A DNA stretch of 64,000 bases from an uncultured Gammaproteobacteria bacterium (GCA_963764725.1 CAVXTM010000002.1:151136-215135); one strand, 5' to 3'; shown: positions 41,408-55,646, numbered from the stretch's first letter. Notes: generated from the letters alone by a model not told the origin. Translations and numbers: made by a program.

Positions 41408-44400
41408 ATGCCGAAACGCACCGATCTTGAAAGCATTCTGATCATCGGCGCCGGCCCCATTGTGATCGGCCAAGCCTGTGAATTCGATTACTCGGGGACC
41501 CAGGCCTGCAAGGCGCTTCGGGCCGACGGCTATCGCGTCCTGCTGGTCAATTCCAACCCCGCCACCATCATGACCGATCCGGAGACGGCGGACGCAACCT
41601 ATATCGAACCCGTACGCTGGCAGACGGTGGCGCGCATCATCGAACGCGAGCGGCCGGACGCCTTGTTGCCGACCATGGGCGGTCAAACCGCCCTTAACTG
41701 TGCGCTCGATCTCGCGCGCGAAGGGGTGCTCGAAGCATTCGGCGTGGAGCTGATTGGAGCGTCCCGCGATGCGATCGATAAGGCCGAGGATCGCGAGCGC
41801 TTCCGCGAGGCAATGCACCGCATAGGATTGAAAACACCCCGATCCGCGATCGCGCACAGTTTAGAAGAAGCCTTCCAGGTTCAAGCGAGCATTGGCTTTC
41901 CCGCTATCATCCGGCCCTCGTTCACGCTCGGCGGTACCGGAGGTGGCATCGCGTTCAATCGCGAAGAATTCACCGAGATTTGCGAACGCGGCTTGGATTC
42001 CTCTCCGACCCACGAGATCCTGCTCGAGGAGTCGGTGCTCGGATGGAAAGAGTTTGAAATGGAGGTGGTCCGGGACTGGAAGGATAACTGCATCATCGTC
42101 TGCTCCATCGAGAACCTCGACCCGATGGGAATTCATACCGGCGATTCCATCACCGTCGCACCCGCGCAGACACTCACCGACAAAGAATACCAGCGGATGC
42201 GGAACGCCGCGATCGCGGTGCTGCGCGAGATCGGTGTCGATACCGGCGGCTCCAACGTGCAGTTTGCCGTGAACCCCAAAGACGGTGCGATGGTCGTGAT
42301 CGAGATGAACCCGCGGGTGTCGCGGTCCTCGGCTTTAGCCTCCAAGGCCACCGGATTTCCCATTGCAAAGGTGGCGGCGAAGCTCGCCGTCGGATATACG
42401 CTCGATGAGCTGGCCAATGACATTACCGGCGGGGCCATACCCGCTTCGTTCGAGCCAGCCATCGATTATGTCGTGACTAAGATACCGCGCTTTGCATTCG
42501 AGAAATTTCCGCAGGCCAATTGCCGCCTCACGACGCAGATGAAATCGGTCGGGGAGGTGATGGCCATGGGACGAAGCTTTCAGGAATCATTGCAAAAGGC
42601 CATCCGCGGGTTGGAAACCGGCCGCGCCGGCTTCAACGAGTGCCTCGATCCCACGAGACCGGACGCGGAGGAGGTGCTGCGCTATGAGCTCTCGGTGGCA
42701 GGTTCCGACCGGCTCTGGTATGTCGGGGATGCCTTCCGCGTGGGGCTAGGGATCGCCGATGTCCATGATCTCACTCGCATCGATCCGTGGTTTCTGGCGG
42801 AGATCGAGGATGTTGTGCGGGAAGAGGGGATCGTACGTGAGCAAGGCCTCGCCGCGCTCGATGCGGCGCGGTTGCGAATTCTCAAACGTAAGGGGTTCTC
42901 GGATGCCCGCCTAGCCGAACTCCTTGGCGCTCGCGAGGAGCAGATCCGGGCGCTGCGCGACCGCCACGGCATCCGCCCCGTGTATAAGCGGGTCGATTCT
43001 TGCGCTGGCGAGTTTCGCGCCCCCACGGCCTACATGTATTCGACCTATGACGAGGAGTGCGAGGCGCGACCCACCGATCGCGACAAGATCGTCATCTTGG
43101 GCGGCGGCCCTAATCGCATCGGGCAGGGGATTGAATTCGACTATTGCTGCGTGCAAGCGGCCTTAGCCCTGCGCGAGATCGGATGCGAGACGATCATGGT
43201 AAACTGTAACCCCGAGACGGTATCGACCGATTACGATACCGCCGATCGCCTGTATTTCGAGCCGGTTACGTTGGAAGACGTGTTGGAGATCCTCGCGATC
43301 GAGAAGCCCAAGGGAGTGATCGTGCAGTACGGCGGGCAAACGCCGTTGCGGCTTGCCAAGGTTCTGGCCCAGGCCGGCGCGCCGATCATCGGCACCTCGC
43401 CGGACTCGATCGACGTGGCGGAGGACCGCGAGCGTTTCCGGCAACTGTTGCTTCGCCTCAATTTGCGGCAACCGCCGAACCGGACGGTGATCCGGACCCA
43501 AGACGCCCAAGCGAGCGCGAAAGAGATAGGTTATCCGCTGGTGGTGCGTCCATCCTACGTACTCGGTGGCCGCGCCATGGAGATCGTGTTCAACGAGGGC
43601 GACCTCGAGGCCTACATGCAGCGTGCGGTGGAAGTCTCCAATGAATCTCCGGTGCTGCTCGATCGCTTCCTCGAACGCGCCATCGAGGTCGATGTGGACG
43701 CGGTCTGCGACGGCGTCGCGGTTTTCATCGGCGGGATTATGGAACACATCGAACAAGCAGGCGTGCATTCCGGGGATTCCGCTTGTTCGCTCCCGCCGCA
43801 CAGTCTTTCAGCGCATTTAAAAGCACGGTTGCAGGAACAAACCAGGCGGCTGGCCCGCGGGCTCGGCGTCATTGGGCTCATCAACGTTCAATTTGCCATC
43901 CAAGGCAACGAGATCTATATTCTCGAGGTCAATCCCCGGGCATCTCGCACGGTGCCGTTCGTCTCCAAAGCTACCGGCTTACCGCTTGCGCGCATGGCGG
44001 CGCAATGCATGGCGGGCCGCAGCCTTAGCGCACAAGGGATGAGCCGCGAGCGGGTGCCGAGTTATTATTCGGTTAAGGAGGCGGTATTTCCCTTCGTCAA
44101 GCTTCCGGGGGTCGATACCTTGCTCGGGCCGGAGATGAAATCTACGGGCGAGGTGATGGGGATCGGGAGGGATTTCGGCGAGGCGTTCGCGAAAGCGCAG
44201 CAAGCGGCCGGCATGGATTTACCGAAGCGCGGCCGGGTATTCATCAGCGTGCGCGATGGCGATAAGCCACAGGCGGTGGAGCTGGCGCGATATCTACGGC
44301 AGTTGGGCTTCGAAGTCGTCGCCACCCGCGGAACGGCGAAGGCGATTAACGCCGCGGGGGTGGCCTGCATGATGGTCAATAAGGTGCTGGAAGGACAGCC

Positions 44401-44629
44401 GCATATCGTGGATATGATCAAGAACGATGCGATTGATCTGGTGGTGAATACCACCGAGGGGAAGCGGGCGATTGCCGATTCCGCAACCATCCGCACCTCG
44501 GCCTTGCAGCGCAAGGTCGCATATACGACGACGATGGCGGGCGCCCTGGCTATCCTGGAGGCGATCCGGCATGGGAACGTGGATGGCGTGAGCAAGCTAC
44601 AAGAGCTACACCGGGAGTTTCATGCGTGA
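41408..44629 (+). CDS. carB: Carbamoyl-phosphate synthase large subunit
   Basis: MPKRTD start, [11 protein letters not shown] and a duplicated ATP-grasp domain. Confidence 0.98.
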   Translation: MPKRTDLESILIIGAGPIVIGQACEFDYSGTQACKALRADGYRVLLVNSNPATIMTDPETADATYIEPVRWQTVARIIERERPDALLPTMGGQTALNCALDLAREGVLEAFGVELIGASRDAIDKAEDRERFREAMHRIGLKTPRSAIAHSLEEAFQVQASIGFPAIIRPSFTLGGTGGGIAFNREEFTEICERGLDSSPTHEILLEESVLGWKEFEMEVVRDWKDNCIIVCSIENLDPMGIHTGDSITVAPAQTLTDKEYQRMRNAAIAVLREIGVDTGGSNVQFAVNPKDGAMVVIEMNPRVSRSSALASKATGFPIAKVAAKLAVGYTLDELANDITGGAIPASFEPAIDYVVTKIPRFAFEKFPQANCRLTTQMKSVGEVMAMGRSFQESLQKAIRGLETGRAGFNECLDPTRPDAEEVLRYELSVAGSDRLWYVGDAFRVGLGIADVHDLTRIDPWFLAEIEDVVREEGIVREQGLAALDAARLRILKRKGFSDARLAELLGAREEQIRALRDRHGIRPVYKRVDSCAGEFRAPTAYMYSTYDEECEARPTDRDKIVILGGGPNRIGQGIEFDYCCVQAALALREIGCETIMVNCNPETVSTDYDTADRLYFEPVTLEDVLEILAIEKPKGVIVQYGGQTPLRLAKVLAQAGAPIIGTSPDSIDVAEDRERFRQLLLRLNLRQPPNRTVIRTQDAQASAKEIGYPLVVRPSYVLGGRAMEIVFNEGDLEAYMQRAVEVSNESPVLLDRFLERAIEVDVDAVCDGVAVFIGGIMEHIEQAGVHSGDSACSLPPHSLSAHLKARLQEQTRRLARGLGVIGLINVQFAIQGNEIYILEVNPRASRTVPFVSKATGLPLARMAAQCMAGRSLSAQGMSRERVPSYYSVKEAVFPFVKLPGVDTLLGPEMKSTGEVMGIGRDFGEAFAKAQQAAGMDLPKRGRVFISVRDGDKPQAVELARYLRQLGFEVVATRGTAKAINAAGVACMMVNKVLEGQPHIVDMIKNDAIDLVVNTTEGKRAIADSATIRTSALQRKVAYTTTMAGALAILEAIRHGNVDGVSKLQELHREFHA

Positions 44630-45117
44630 GCAGAATACCGATCACCCGTTCTGGGGAGCGTAAACTTAGGGAAGAATTGCAAAAGCTCAAGAATGACGCG
44701 CGCCCGCGTATTACCCAGGCGATCGCGGAAGCGCGTGCCCACGGCGATCTCAGTGAAAACGCCGAATACCACGCCGCGCGGGAACAGCAAGGTTTTATCG
44801 AGCGCCGGATCGCGGAGATCGAAACCAAGCTCTCGCAGGCGCTGATCATCGATGTTGCGACGCTCAACGCACGTGGTAAGGTCGTCTTTGGGGCCACCGT
44901 CGAGATCATAAACGTGGTCACCGAGGAGGTCGTCACTTATCAGATCGTGGGCGAAGATGAAGCCGACATCAAGATCGGTTTGATCTCGGTGGGATCGCCG
45001 ATTGCGCGCGCCTTAATAGGCGGGGAAACCGGTGATACCGCGTTGGTGCATGCCCCTTCGGGCCCCGTGGAGTACGAAATTCTGGATGTGCGCTATGAAG
45101 CGTCTGCCTGTGAGTAG
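44626..45117 (+). CDS. greA: Transcription elongation factor GreA
   Basis: [13 protein letters not shown] motif. Confidence 0.96.
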   Translation: MSRIPITRSGERKLREELQKLKNDARPRITQAIAEARAHGDLSENAEYHAAREQQGFIERRIAEIETKLSQALIIDVATLNARGKVVFGATVEIINVVTEEVVTYQIVGEDEADIKIGLISVGSPIARALIGGETGDTALVHAPSGPVEYEILDVRYEASACE

Positions 45118-45149
45118 GCATTTCCCGAACGTGGCATACCGCATCCGCC

Positions 45150-45770
45150 ATGGCGAAAAGCAGTAGCAGCCACCGCTGGCTCAGGGAACACGAGACCGAT
45201 CCCTACGTCAAACTCGCTAAAAGGAGCGGATTTCGGTCGCGATCAGCGTTCAAGCTCCTAGAAATCAACACGCGGGATCGGTTATTACGCACAGGCATGA
45301 AGGTGATTGATCTCGGCGCCGCGCCCGGGGGATGGAGCCAAGTCGCTGCGGAAGCGGTCACCCCGAGGGGGCAGGTTATCGCGGTCGATCTGTTACCCAT
45401 GGGTCCTATTCCGGGCGTGACCGTGATCGAGGGTGATTTTTCCGCAGCGCATACCGTACAGCGCGTAATGGAGATCATTGGGTGTTCCAAGGTTGACTTG
45501 ATTTTGTCGGATCTCGCCCCCAACTTAAGCGGAATAAGGTCGATCGATCAGCCGCGGATCATAACGCTTGGGGACGGGGTTTACCGCTTCGCGGAACAGG
45601 CGCTGAAACACGGAGGCGATCTCTTGATTAAGTTGTTTCACGGGGACGGTTTTGAGGCGTTCATTCAGTGCATGGGCAAGTCGTTCAAGAACTTGTATGT
45701 CCGAAAACCCGGAGCTTCCCGCGACCGATCGAATGAGGTATACGTCGTGGGCCGCTCGTTTCGTCACTAG
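45150..45770 (+). CDS. rlmE: 23S rRNA Um2552 methyltransferase
   Basis: RSRSAFKL and DLGAAPGGWSQ motifs. Confidence 0.96.
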   Translation: MAKSSSSHRWLREHETDPYVKLAKRSGFRSRSAFKLLEINTRDRLLRTGMKVIDLGAAPGGWSQVAAEAVTPRGQVIAVDLLPMGPIPGVTVIEGDFSAAHTVQRVMEIIGCSKVDLILSDLAPNLSGIRSIDQPRIITLGDGVYRFAEQALKHGGDLLIKLFHGDGFEAFIQCMGKSFKNLYVRKPGASRDRSNEVYVVGRSFRH

Positions 45771-45911
45771 AGGCTGCGTTTTTGCGCAGCGAGCACGGCC
45801 GCCGAGGAATCGGTGTCCCTCGCCGCGCCGAGACGCCTTGATTTTTCACTACCGACTTCTTACGCTCTCTTAATATTGTAATGGACAGTTTGGGCTCGAC
45901 GGAGCACCGAA

Positions 45912-47846
45912 GTGAGTGATATGGCAAAGAACCTAGCGTTGTGGGTCGTCATTGCCCTGGTCTTGATGGTCGTGTTCAATAATTTCGGGCCTCGGCAGAG
46001 CGCGGGCAATCATGTGGACTACTCGCAGTTTATCGCCGACGTGAAAAGCGGAGGTGTGGAAAAGGTGCTCATCGAAGAGAGTACGATCTACGGGAAGATG
46101 TCGGACGGGAACAATTTCGTTACCTACAGTCCCGAGACGGACAATGCGCCGTTGATAGGGTTGTTATTGGATCATGGGGTGGAGATCGAGGCGCGGGCGC
46201 CGGAGAATCAGGGTGTTTTGATGCAGATTTTTATCTCCTGGTTTCCGATGTTGTTATTGATTGCGGTGTGGATCTTCTTCATGCGGCAGATGCAAGGGGG
46301 GGGTGCGGGCCGGGGGGCCATGTCGTTCGGGAAGAGCCGGGCGCGGTTATTGGGTGAGGATCAGGTGAAGGTGACCTTTGCCGATGTGGCGGGGGTGGAG
46401 GAAGCGAAGGAAGAGGTGGTGGAGCTGGTGGAGTTCCTGCGTGATCCGGGGAAGTTTCAGAAGTTAGGGGGGAAGATCCCGCGCGGGGTATTGATGATCG
46501 GATCGCCCGGGACGGGGAAGACCTTGCTCGCGCGGGCGATTGCGGGGGAAGCGAAGGTCCCGTTTTTCACCATTTCGGGGTCGGATTTTGTGGAGATGTT
46601 TGTGGGGGTGGGGGCTTCGCGGGTGCGCGACATGTTCGAGCAGGCGAAGAAGCATGCGCCTTGTATTGTGTTTATTGACGAGATCGATGCGGTCGGGCGG
46701 CATCGGGGGGCGGGTTTAGGGGGCGGCCATGATGAGCGGGAGCAGACGCTCAATCAATTGCTGGTGGAGATGGATGGGTTTGAGGGCAATGAGGGGGTCA
46801 TCATCATTGCGGCGACCAACCGGCCCGATGTGTTGGATCCGGCGTTACTGAGGCCGGGTCGGTTTGACCGCCATGTCGTGGTGCCTTTGCCCGATATCCG
46901 GGGGCGAGAGCAGATCTTGAAGGTGCACATGAGGAAGGCGCCGGTCTCCGAAGATGTCAAGCCCTCGATCATTGCGCGTGGGACGCCGGGGTTCTCGGGG
47001 GCGGATCTGGCGAATCTGGTCAATGAGGCGGCGCTGTTTGCGGCGCGTGCGAACAAGCGCACGGTGGAGATGCAGGATTTTGAGAAGGCCAAGGACAAGA
47101 TCATGATGGGGGCCGAGCGTCGCTCCATGGTGATGAGTGAAGAGGAGAAGCGGCTGACGGCCTATCATGAGGCGGGGCATGCGATCGTCGGGCGGTTGAT
47201 GCCGGCCCACGATCCGGTCTACAAGGTGACGATTATCCCGCGCGGGCGGGCCTTGGGGGTGACGATGTTTCTGCCCGAGCAGGATCGGTTGAGTTACAGC
47301 AAGGAGCGGTTGGAGAGCCAGCTTTGCACGGCCTTTGGGGGACGGATTGCGGAGGAATTGATCTTCGGGGCGGAGAAAGTGACCACGGGGGCTTCCAACG
47401 ATATCGAGAAGGCAACCGAGATTGCGCGCAACATGGTCACGAAATGGGGCTTATCGGAGAAGCTCGGGCCCTTGGCCTACAGCAAGGATGAGGGGGAAGT
47501 CTTTTTAGGCCATTCGGTGACCCAGCACAAAACGGTGTCCGATGAGACCGCCCATGCCATTGACCAGGAGGTGCGGGCGCTCATTGACAAGACTTACGCG
47601 CGGGCGAAGGCGTGTCTACAGGCGCACGTGGGCATCTTGCACAAGATGGCCGAGACGCTTATCAAGTACGAGACCATCGAGAGCACGCAGATTGACGATC
47701 TCATGGCCGGCCGCACCCCCAATCCCCCAAAGGACTGGTCGGAAGAGGAGCGTAAGGGCTCGCCGAAAGACGAGACGCCGCAAGTAGTTGACAGTGGGGA
47801 CCAAAAAGCAGACGGCGCGATCGGGGGGCCGGCAAGCTTGCATTGA
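45912..47846 (+). CDS. ftsH: ATP-dependent zinc metalloprotease FtsH
   Basis: [20 protein letters not shown] and HEAGH motifs. Confidence 0.98.
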   Translation: MSDMAKNLALWVVIALVLMVVFNNFGPRQSAGNHVDYSQFIADVKSGGVEKVLIEESTIYGKMSDGNNFVTYSPETDNAPLIGLLLDHGVEIEARAPENQGVLMQIFISWFPMLLLIAVWIFFMRQMQGGGAGRGAMSFGKSRARLLGEDQVKVTFADVAGVEEAKEEVVELVEFLRDPGKFQKLGGKIPRGVLMIGSPGTGKTLLARAIAGEAKVPFFTISGSDFVEMFVGVGASRVRDMFEQAKKHAPCIVFIDEIDAVGRHRGAGLGGGHDEREQTLNQLLVEMDGFEGNEGVIIIAATNRPDVLDPALLRPGRFDRHVVVPLPDIRGREQILKVHMRKAPVSEDVKPSIIARGTPGFSGADLANLVNEAALFAARANKRTVEMQDFEKAKDKIMMGAERRSMVMSEEEKRLTAYHEAGHAIVGRLMPAHDPVYKVTIIPRGRALGVTMFLPEQDRLSYSKERLESQLCTAFGGRIAEELIFGAEKVTTGASNDIEKATEIARNMVTKWGLSEKLGPLAYSKDEGEVFLGHSVTQHKTVSDETAHAIDQEVRALIDKTYARAKACLQAHVGILHKMAETLIKYETIESTQIDDLMAGRTPNPPKDWSEEERKGSPKDETPQVVDSGDQKADGAIGGPASLH

Positions 47847-47873
47847 AACCTTAATAGAACAAGCTCTGGTGAT

Positions 47874-47898
47874 CCCCACCTCTCTGTGGGGGTTTTTT
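47874..47898 (+). terminator. Intrinsic terminator after ftsH
   Basis: CCCCAC/GTGGGG stem followed by a T run. Confidence 0.65.
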
Positions 47899-47913
47899 AC
47901 GCGAGGGAGCCGG

Positions 47914-49284
47914 ATGGGGCACGAACGGCGGTATTTTGGAACCGATGGCGTGCGCGGCAAAGTGGGCAGCGCGCCGATTACGCCTGATTTTGTCATGAAG
48001 CTTGGTTGGGCGGCAGGCCATGTGCTCGGGCATGGTGGCGCCAGCCGTGTGTTGATCGGCAAGGACACGCGGATCTCCGGATACATGTTCGAGTCGGCAT
48101 TGGAAGCGGGTTTTTCGGCCGCCGGCGTCGACATCCTGCTGTTAGGCCCGATGCCCACACCCGCCGTCGCCTATCTGACGCGCACTTTTCGGGCGCAAGC
48201 CGGAGTCGTCATAAGCGCCTCGCACAACCCCTACTACGACAATGGGATCAAGTTTTTCGGCAGCGACGGGATGAAGCTTGCCGATGCCATCGAATCGGAC
48301 ATCGAAGCGGCGTTGGATTGCCCGCTGGCGACGGTCGATTCGCGCAAGCTAGGCCGGGCGCAGCGCATTGTGGACGCAGAGGGACGGTATATCGAGTTTT
48401 GCAAGAGCACATTCGGGACCGGCGCCAATCTCAACGGACTTAAGATAGTCGTGGATTGCGCTCACGGCGCCACGTACAACATTGCCCCCAAGGTCTTCGA
48501 CGAGCTCGGGGCCGCGGTCATTGCGATCGGCGCGGCGCCGAACGGTCTTAACATCAATGATCAGTATGGGGCAACCAAACCGGAGAGGCTTAAAGCCGAG
48601 GTGATGTCACAGGAGGCCGACGTCGGCATTGCTCTCGACGGTGACGGCGATCGAGTGATCATGGTGGACCATCAAGGCGAAGTTGTCGATGGCGATGAGC
48701 TGCTCTTTATTATTGCCCGTGAGCGCCAGCGGAGGAATAAACTGAACGGAAGCGTGGTCGGTACGCAGATGAGTAACCTTGGTCTTGAGCATGCCCTGCG
48801 AACGCTCGGTCTCGATTTAAAGCGGGCTAAGGTGGGGGACAGATATGTCTTGGAGATGATGAAAGAGGGCGGGTGGACACTCGGCGGCGAATCGTCGGGC
48901 CATATCATCTGTTTGGATATGACGACCACCGGTGACGGTATCGTTTCCGCCTTGCAAGTGCTGGAGACCCTCGTCGCTACGGGCCAGCCGTTGAATTCAT
49001 TGAAATCAGGCATGAGGAAATACCCGCAAAAGCTCATCAACGTGCGAATGGTCCGGCGAATGGATGTCGGCAATATCCCGGCCGTTCATCACGCCGTACG
49101 GGATGCGGAAGAGCGGCTGGCAAATCGGGGACGAGTGCTATTGCGGCCGTCAGGCACCGAACCGCTGATCCGTGTCATGGTGGAAGGGCCGGACGAGGGT
49201 GAAGTCAATCAGGTGGCGACAACGCTCGCCGAAGTGGTGACCGAGGCTTTGCGCCATGCCGGACCGGGCGTTGCGGCGGCATAG
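47914..49284 (+). CDS. glmM: Phosphoglucosamine mutase
   Basis: [14 protein letters not shown] and DGDGDR motifs. Confidence 0.97.
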   Translation: MGHERRYFGTDGVRGKVGSAPITPDFVMKLGWAAGHVLGHGGASRVLIGKDTRISGYMFESALEAGFSAAGVDILLLGPMPTPAVAYLTRTFRAQAGVVISASHNPYYDNGIKFFGSDGMKLADAIESDIEAALDCPLATVDSRKLGRAQRIVDAEGRYIEFCKSTFGTGANLNGLKIVVDCAHGATYNIAPKVFDELGAAVIAIGAAPNGLNINDQYGATKPERLKAEVMSQEADVGIALDGDGDRVIMVDHQGEVVDGDELLFIIARERQRRNKLNGSVVGTQMSNLGLEHALRTLGLDLKRAKVGDRYVLEMMKEGGWTLGGESSGHIICLDMTTTGDGIVSALQVLETLVATGQPLNSLKSGMRKYPQKLINVRMVRRMDVGNIPAVHHAVRDAEERLANRGRVLLRPSGTEPLIRVMVEGPDEGEVNQVATTLAEVVTEALRHAGPGVAAA

Positions 49285-49312
49285 CCGCTTCAAGTTTAAA
49301 CCCCACGTTAGC

Positions 49313-50134
<822 letters not shown>

Positions 50135-50360
50135 TGTCACACCTCAATGAACCAGGGTTCCGCACCAGTAACGTCTCCCCCGCACAAATTTGATAAAATG
50201 AGGGTACTACGACGGTCATGTCGTGTCTGGAAGCGTTGGGAGTACGGGCCCACCCAAGTATAGGTGATGCGTAGGTGTATTAGCGAGTGCCGAAATCTCG
50301 CCGGGTTGTCTGCTGCTGACCAAGCTCTTTGGAGCCGGACAGTAAATTGCTGGGTAAGTA

Positions 50361-51488
50361 ATGTTGAAGAAAATTCTGGTCCTCCCGGGTGACGGTATAG
50401 GTCCCGAGATCACAGCGGAGGCGGTCAAGGTGTTACGCGGGCTCCCGTCTCATTCCGGACCGGAATTCGAGATCGAGGAGGCGCTCATCGGGGGCGCGGC
50501 CGTCAATGCGGCCCGGGATCCGTTGCCGGAGGAGACACTTGCCAAGGCGCGGCAAGCCGACGCGGTATTGTTGGGCGCAGTCGGCGGCCCGGAATGGGAC
50601 GCTTTATCCCCTAAGCTACGGCCCGAGAGAGGCTTGCTTCGGCTACGCGCCGGATTGGACTTGTTCGCGAATCTGCGCCCGGCGAAGCTTTATCGCGAGT
50701 TGATTAACTCTTCCTCGCTCAAGCCCGAGGTGATCGAGGGTTTGGATCTCGTTATCGTGCGCGAGCTGACCGGCGATGTCTACTACGGGGAACCGCGGGG
50801 CGTTCGCACACTTGGGGGAGGCGAGCGCCAAGCCTTCAACACCATGGTCTATCGTGAGTCGGAGATCGATCGCATCGCTCGGGTGGCGTTTAAGCTTGCG
50901 GTACAACGCCGCGGGCGAGTGTGCTCGGTCGACAAAGCCAACGTGCTCGAAGCAAGCCAGCTTTGGCGGCAGGTCGTCGCTGATGTAGCCTGCGAGTTTC
51001 CCGGTGTCGAGCTAACCCACATGTATGTCGACAATGCGGCGATGCAGTTGGTGCGGCGGCCCACGCAATTCGATGTCTTGCTCACGCCGAACCTGTTCGG
51101 GGATATACTGTCCGACTTGGCCGCGATGCTGACGGGGTCCATCGGGATGCTACCTTCCGCTTCCGTGAACCAAAGTGGAAAGGGCCTATACGAACCGATC
51201 CATGGTTCAGCCCCCGATATCGCCGGCCAAAATAGTGCGAACCCCTTGGGCACGATACTCTCGGTTGCCATGATGCTCCATTTTTCTCTAGGCGCTCCGC
51301 TAATGGCTGAACGGGTGGAGCGCGCAGTGGCCGATGTGTTGCGTCAAGGTGTCCGCACGCAGGATATCGCGGCTCCTGGGGAGAACAGCGTCGGCACGGG
51401 AGAGATGGGAAACGCGGTGGTAAATGCGCTTGGAATCGGAGCGTATGTCGATGATCGCGGGTCGCAGAGAGGTGTAGTGGAAGGATGA
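50361..51488 (+). CDS. leuB: 3-isopropylmalate dehydrogenase
   Basis: [16 protein letters not shown] and [12 protein letters not shown] motifs. Confidence 0.96.
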   Translation: MLKKILVLPGDGIGPEITAEAVKVLRGLPSHSGPEFEIEEALIGGAAVNAARDPLPEETLAKARQADAVLLGAVGGPEWDALSPKLRPERGLLRLRAGLDLFANLRPAKLYRELINSSSLKPEVIEGLDLVIVRELTGDVYYGEPRGVRTLGGGERQAFNTMVYRESEIDRIARVAFKLAVQRRGRVCSVDKANVLEASQLWRQVVADVACEFPGVELTHMYVDNAAMQLVRRPTQFDVLLTPNLFGDILSDLAAMLTGSIGMLPSASVNQSGKGLYEPIHGSAPDIAGQNSANPLGTILSVAMMLHFSLGAPLMAERVERAVADVLRQGVRTQDIAAPGENSVGTGEMGNAVVNALGIGAYVDDRGSQRGVVEG

Positions 51489-52507
51489 GCCGGGAATTCA
51501 ATGTTGCCGTGGTTGGGGCCACCGGGGTGGTGGGCGAGACCATGTTTTCGATCCTCGCCGAGCGGCGTTTCCCGGTAAAAAACATTTACGCGCTCGCGAG
51601 CCAGCGCTCGGCGGGGAGTACCGTTCGCTTCAATGGTGAATCGCTGGTGGTGCAGGATCTCGACGCATTTGATTTCCACGGCGTCGAGATCGGATTATTT
51701 TCGCCCGGCGCCACCGTGTCGGAGATCTTCGCACCCAAGGCGGCGGCGGCGGGCTGTGTCGTGATTGATAACACCTCACGTTTTCGGTACGAAATCGATG
51801 TTCCGCTTGTGGTTCCGGAGGTAAATCCTCGTGCTGTCAGCGGGTTCAGAAACCGGGGGATCATCGCGAATCCAAACTGCTCGACGATTCAGATGGTCGT
51901 TGCACTTAAACCGATCTACGATGCGGCTGGTATCGAGCGCATCAACGTGTGTACCTACCAAGCGGTTTCAGGCACCGGTCGGGCAGCGATCGACGAGCTT
52001 GCGATCCAAAGCAAAGCGATAATTGACGGTGAGCCGGTGCGCACTCACGTATATCCAAGGCAAATCGCCTTTAATGTGTTACCGCACATCGATGATTTTC
52101 AAGCCAACGGTTATACCAAGGAAGAGATGAAGATGGTTTGGGAGACGCGTAAGATTCTCGAAGACGAAAGTCTCCTGGTGAATCCGACCGCGGTGCGCGT
52201 GCCCGTTTACTATGGGCACTCCGAGGCGGTTCATGTGGAGACCAAACGGAAGCTTACAGCGCCAGAGGCCCGGACCTTACTCCGCGGCGCGACAGGGGTT
52301 ACCGTGCTGGACGAGCCCGCTCCCGGCGGTTATCCCACCGCCGTGACGGACGCCGCGGGGCGCGATACGGTCTATGTCGGCAGGATCCGCGAGGATATCT
52401 CCCACCCCCGGGGCTTAAATATGTGGGTGGTGTCGGACAACCTGCGTAAGGGAGCCGCGCTCAACAGTATCCAGATCGCGGAAATGTTGGTAAAAAGTTA
52501 CTTATAA
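51485..52507 (+). CDS. asd: Aspartate-semialdehyde dehydrogenase
   Basis: GATGVVG, NPNCST and DNLRKGAA motifs. Confidence 0.97.
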   Translation: MSREFNVAVVGATGVVGETMFSILAERRFPVKNIYALASQRSAGSTVRFNGESLVVQDLDAFDFHGVEIGLFSPGATVSEIFAPKAAAAGCVVIDNTSRFRYEIDVPLVVPEVNPRAVSGFRNRGIIANPNCSTIQMVVALKPIYDAAGIERINVCTYQAVSGTGRAAIDELAIQSKAIIDGEPVRTHVYPRQIAFNVLPHIDDFQANGYTKEEMKMVWETRKILEDESLLVNPTAVRVPVYYGHSEAVHVETKRKLTAPEARTLLRGATGVTVLDEPAPGGYPTAVTDAAGRDTVYVGRIREDISHPRGLNMWVVSDNLRKGAALNSIQIAEMLVKSYL

Positions 52508-52634
52508 ACTATAGTTCATGTAAGCTTATAAGATTTTTCAATACGATCAGTTCTCAAGTAGTATTCATGTGTCAACGTCAATAGCTGCATCTCAACACGC
52601 CTCGGTAGACTTTAATATAGGAAAGGTATCGTAC

Positions 52635-55600
52635 ATGGCCCATCGATTTGTTGTTCTACTACTCCTACTTTATACTCCAAGCACGGCGTATGCCCTTGGC
52701 CTTGGCGATCTGCAAAAACGCTCGCAGCTCAACGAGCGGTTTTACGCGACGGTGCCAATCATAAATGCCAAGGCCGAAGAGCTCCAGGGGCTCACGGTCA
52801 AACTGGCCGACGTGGAGCGATTTAGGCGCGCCGGTTTGGAGCGGCCGGCCTTTCTGTCGCAGCTACGCTTCGAGGTCGTGGAAACGCGCGATGGCCCGGA
52901 CTACATCAAGATCACCAGCACGGAACCCATCCGCGAACCGTTTATCAACTTCTTGATTGAGGTCAATTGGTCCAAGGGACGGCTGTTTCGCGAATACGCG
53001 GCGTTGCTGGACCCGCCTGCGCATAAGGGACATAGCAGCTTGCCGCCCGCGAGGCCCGCAACCCCGCAGCGCGAACCGCCTCGCGGCGCCATCGTGAGAG
53101 ACAAGAGCACCAGGCCGCCGTGGAGACCCGAGCAGCGCGCGGCGAGGCTGGCGGCAGCGGGCGTCGGAGGCAGCTACGGTCCGACGGTATCGGGGGACAC
53201 CTTGTGGGAGATCGCGCTGTCGGTCCGCACCGACCGGAGCCTGTCAGTGCAGCAGATCATGTTTGCACTTTTGCAGGCCAACCCTAACGCTTTTTTCTTG
53301 GACAACAACATCAATGCGTTGAAGCGCGGCGCCGTGTTACAGCTCCCCGAGAGCGGGGACATCGCGCGAATGTCGCAGCGCAAAGCGATGCAGCTTGTGA
53401 GCAAACACTCGGCATTGTGGGAGCAATACCGACAGAGAGTCGCGGCCTCCGCACAGCCGCAACCCGCGGGCGCAGTGTCGTCTTCGGGCGCGGCCGGGGC
53501 ACCGGTCGTGGCCGCAGGTTCCGCCGAGGATGAGGCTCAGCTCAAGCTATTAGCCGCAGCGGGCGGCGGGTCACCGCAATCGCTCGCGCCGGGGAATGTC
53601 GATAAGGGCCTCTCCATCGCGCAGGAAACAGTGGCTTCGCAAAAGCAAGAAATAGTCGAGCTTAACAGTAAACTCACGGAGGCCGATGAGATCATCAAAC
53701 TGCTGCGCAAACAGATTGAGATTAAAGACGCCGATCTCGCTGCACTGCAGGCTAAGGCCGCCGGCGCACCCGCCGTAACGGAGACAGCCACGCCGTCTGA
53801 TCGCGCCACCCCCGAAACGACGACACCGCCTGTAAGCGCCGGTGCTAGTCCCGAAACCTCGGTTGGTGGGTCGGGAACAACGCCGAAGGTTACCGAGCCA
53901 TCCGCGGACGCAACCCCTGACGCCACTGCACCGTCACAACCACCATCTCAGGAAAGGCCCCTAGCGGTGCCTGAACCTGGACCGCCCTCAGACACCGAAT
54001 CCAGTGCGCTACCGGAATCGTCATCGCCTCCCGCGATTCCCACGGAACCGACCGAACCCGAAAGCGAGGTCGCGGCGCCGTTACCCCCGTCGACGCCGGA
54101 AGCCCCAGCGCCGCCCGATGGCGGAGGGCTGACCGATAACCTTCTGGGAGGAAACCTTGGGCTCATCGGCGGCGTCGCGGCGCTGGTGGTCATTGTTGTC
54201 GGCGCTGCGATGGCGTTTAAGAAGCGCGGAACGCCCGACGATGTTGGGCGGCCTGTGACCGAGGATTTCGAGCCGCTGGAGGCCCGGCCCGCAAGCCCGG
54301 AGGACAGTGGAACGTTTAGAATGCGGCATGCCCCCGCGGGTCCGTTTACGCAGGACGCTCAGTCTGCTGCTTCGGAAGTAATCGCGGAGTCGAATATCGA
54401 GGACCCGCTGTCGGACCTCGACGTTTACCTAACCTACGAGCGATTTGAGGAGGCCGAGCGTTTGGTCAACCAAGCTATCGCAGCGGACCCCAATCAACTT
54501 GACTACAAACTGAAACTGCTCGAGGTGTATCATGCCTCGGGAAACAAGGCGGCGTTTGCAAAAAGCGCCAAGGAGTTGCGTGACGCCACGGGTGGCCAAG
54601 GCAGTGTTTGGGAACGCGCCACGGCGATGTGGCAAGCACTCTCCCCCGCCCAACCCCTGCTTGCCGACGAGCCGGCGGCGGCTAGCGTGGATGTGGAGGA
54701 AAGCGAATTCATGGATATCGGCGTGGCGGAGCGGCCGCGCGGCGAGCCCGGAGACACAGCCGCGGCTGCAATCACTAAGACCGCCGAGCCCAGCGTTACG
54801 GCCGATTTCGATCTCGGGATCACTAAGTGGTTGGATGCGGCGCCCGCGGGGATCGGCATCGATGGGTCGGCGGGCGTAGAGGCGGCCAATGCAGAGATAA
54901 TCGATGTGACATCACCGTCGGCGCAGGACACGGAGGCGGCTGAATTCATCGACATCACGGCGCCTGAAGGAAGCGTCGAATCGGCCGGAGGTACCACGGT
55001 GCGGGTTGCGCCGGTGACTGAAGATTTTTCTGACGAAATGACCCGGCCGATGAGCCCCGTAGTCGTGGACATTACCAGCCCCGGAGAAACCGAAGCGGAA
55101 GCGACACACGAACTGCCTGGCGAGCGCACGCTTTCCTCTTGGCTCACGGAGCCGCCTGCAAAGATGGATGCGCCCAAACGCTCACCGATGGACGATACGC
55201 TTGCGAACTTTGATACGCGTATTGCCACGGTTGACGGCGATGACGGCATCGAATTTGACTTGTCTGATTTTCCGTTCGAGAAAATCGAAGAGGTCAAACC
55301 GGTGATCTCCGGGAAAACGAACTTGACCCTGGACGCCGAGCCCTCAGCACCGCCCGAGAAGGACACCGATCCCTTGGATATCATGGATCTGAGCGCTGAA
55401 TTCGGTTTGTCGCCCGAAGATACCAGCGATCTGTACAAGGCGATAAACAAGGCCGAGGCTGAGCAGAGCGGCACAGAGGATGAGGCCGACGTGACGGCGG
55501 ACGTCGATGTCAAGCTGAACCTGGCCAAGGCCTATATCGAACTCGGTGACGCGGAAGGCGCGCGTTCGATCTTAGAGGAGGTAGTGCAGCACGGCGCCGA

Positions 55601-55646
55601 GGACCAACGTCAGGAAGCCACGCAGCTCCTGCAGCAGTTAGGCTAG
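52635..55646 (+). CDS. fimV: FimV/HubP polar landmark protein
   Basis: ALGLG N-terminus, LysM GDTLWEIA, a TM helix, an acidic linker and C-terminal KLNLAKAYIELGD. Confidence 0.92.
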   Translation: MAHRFVVLLLLLYTPSTAYALGLGDLQKRSQLNERFYATVPIINAKAEELQGLTVKLADVERFRRAGLERPAFLSQLRFEVVETRDGPDYIKITSTEPIREPFINFLIEVNWSKGRLFREYAALLDPPAHKGHSSLPPARPATPQREPPRGAIVRDKSTRPPWRPEQRAARLAAAGVGGSYGPTVSGDTLWEIALSVRTDRSLSVQQIMFALLQANPNAFFLDNNINALKRGAVLQLPESGDIARMSQRKAMQLVSKHSALWEQYRQRVAASAQPQPAGAVSSSGAAGAPVVAAGSAEDEAQLKLLAAAGGGSPQSLAPGNVDKGLSIAQETVASQKQEIVELNSKLTEADEIIKLLRKQIEIKDADLAALQAKAAGAPAVTETATPSDRATPETTTPPVSAGASPETSVGGSGTTPKVTEPSADATPDATAPSQPPSQERPLAVPEPGPPSDTESSALPESSSPPAIPTEPTEPESEVAAPLPPSTPEAPAPPDGGGLTDNLLGGNLGLIGGVAALVVIVVGAAMAFKKRGTPDDVGRPVTEDFEPLEARPASPEDSGTFRMRHAPAGPFTQDAQSAASEVIAESNIEDPLSDLDVYLTYERFEEAERLVNQAIAADPNQLDYKLKLLEVYHASGNKAAFAKSAKELRDATGGQGSVWERATAMWQALSPAQPLLADEPAAASVDVEESEFMDIGVAERPRGEPGDTAAAAITKTAEPSVTADFDLGITKWLDAAPAGIGIDGSAGVEAANAEIIDVTSPSAQDTEAAEFIDITAPEGSVESAGGTTVRVAPVTEDFSDEMTRPMSPVVVDITSPGETEAEATHELPGERTLSSWLTEPPAKMDAPKRSPMDDTLANFDTRIATVDGDDGIEFDLSDFPFEKIEEVKPVISGKTNLTLDAEPSAPPEKDTDPLDIMDLSAEFGLSPEDTSDLYKAINKAEAEQSGTEDEADVTADVDVKLNLAKAYIELGDAEGARSILEEVVQHGAEDQRQEATQLLQQLG

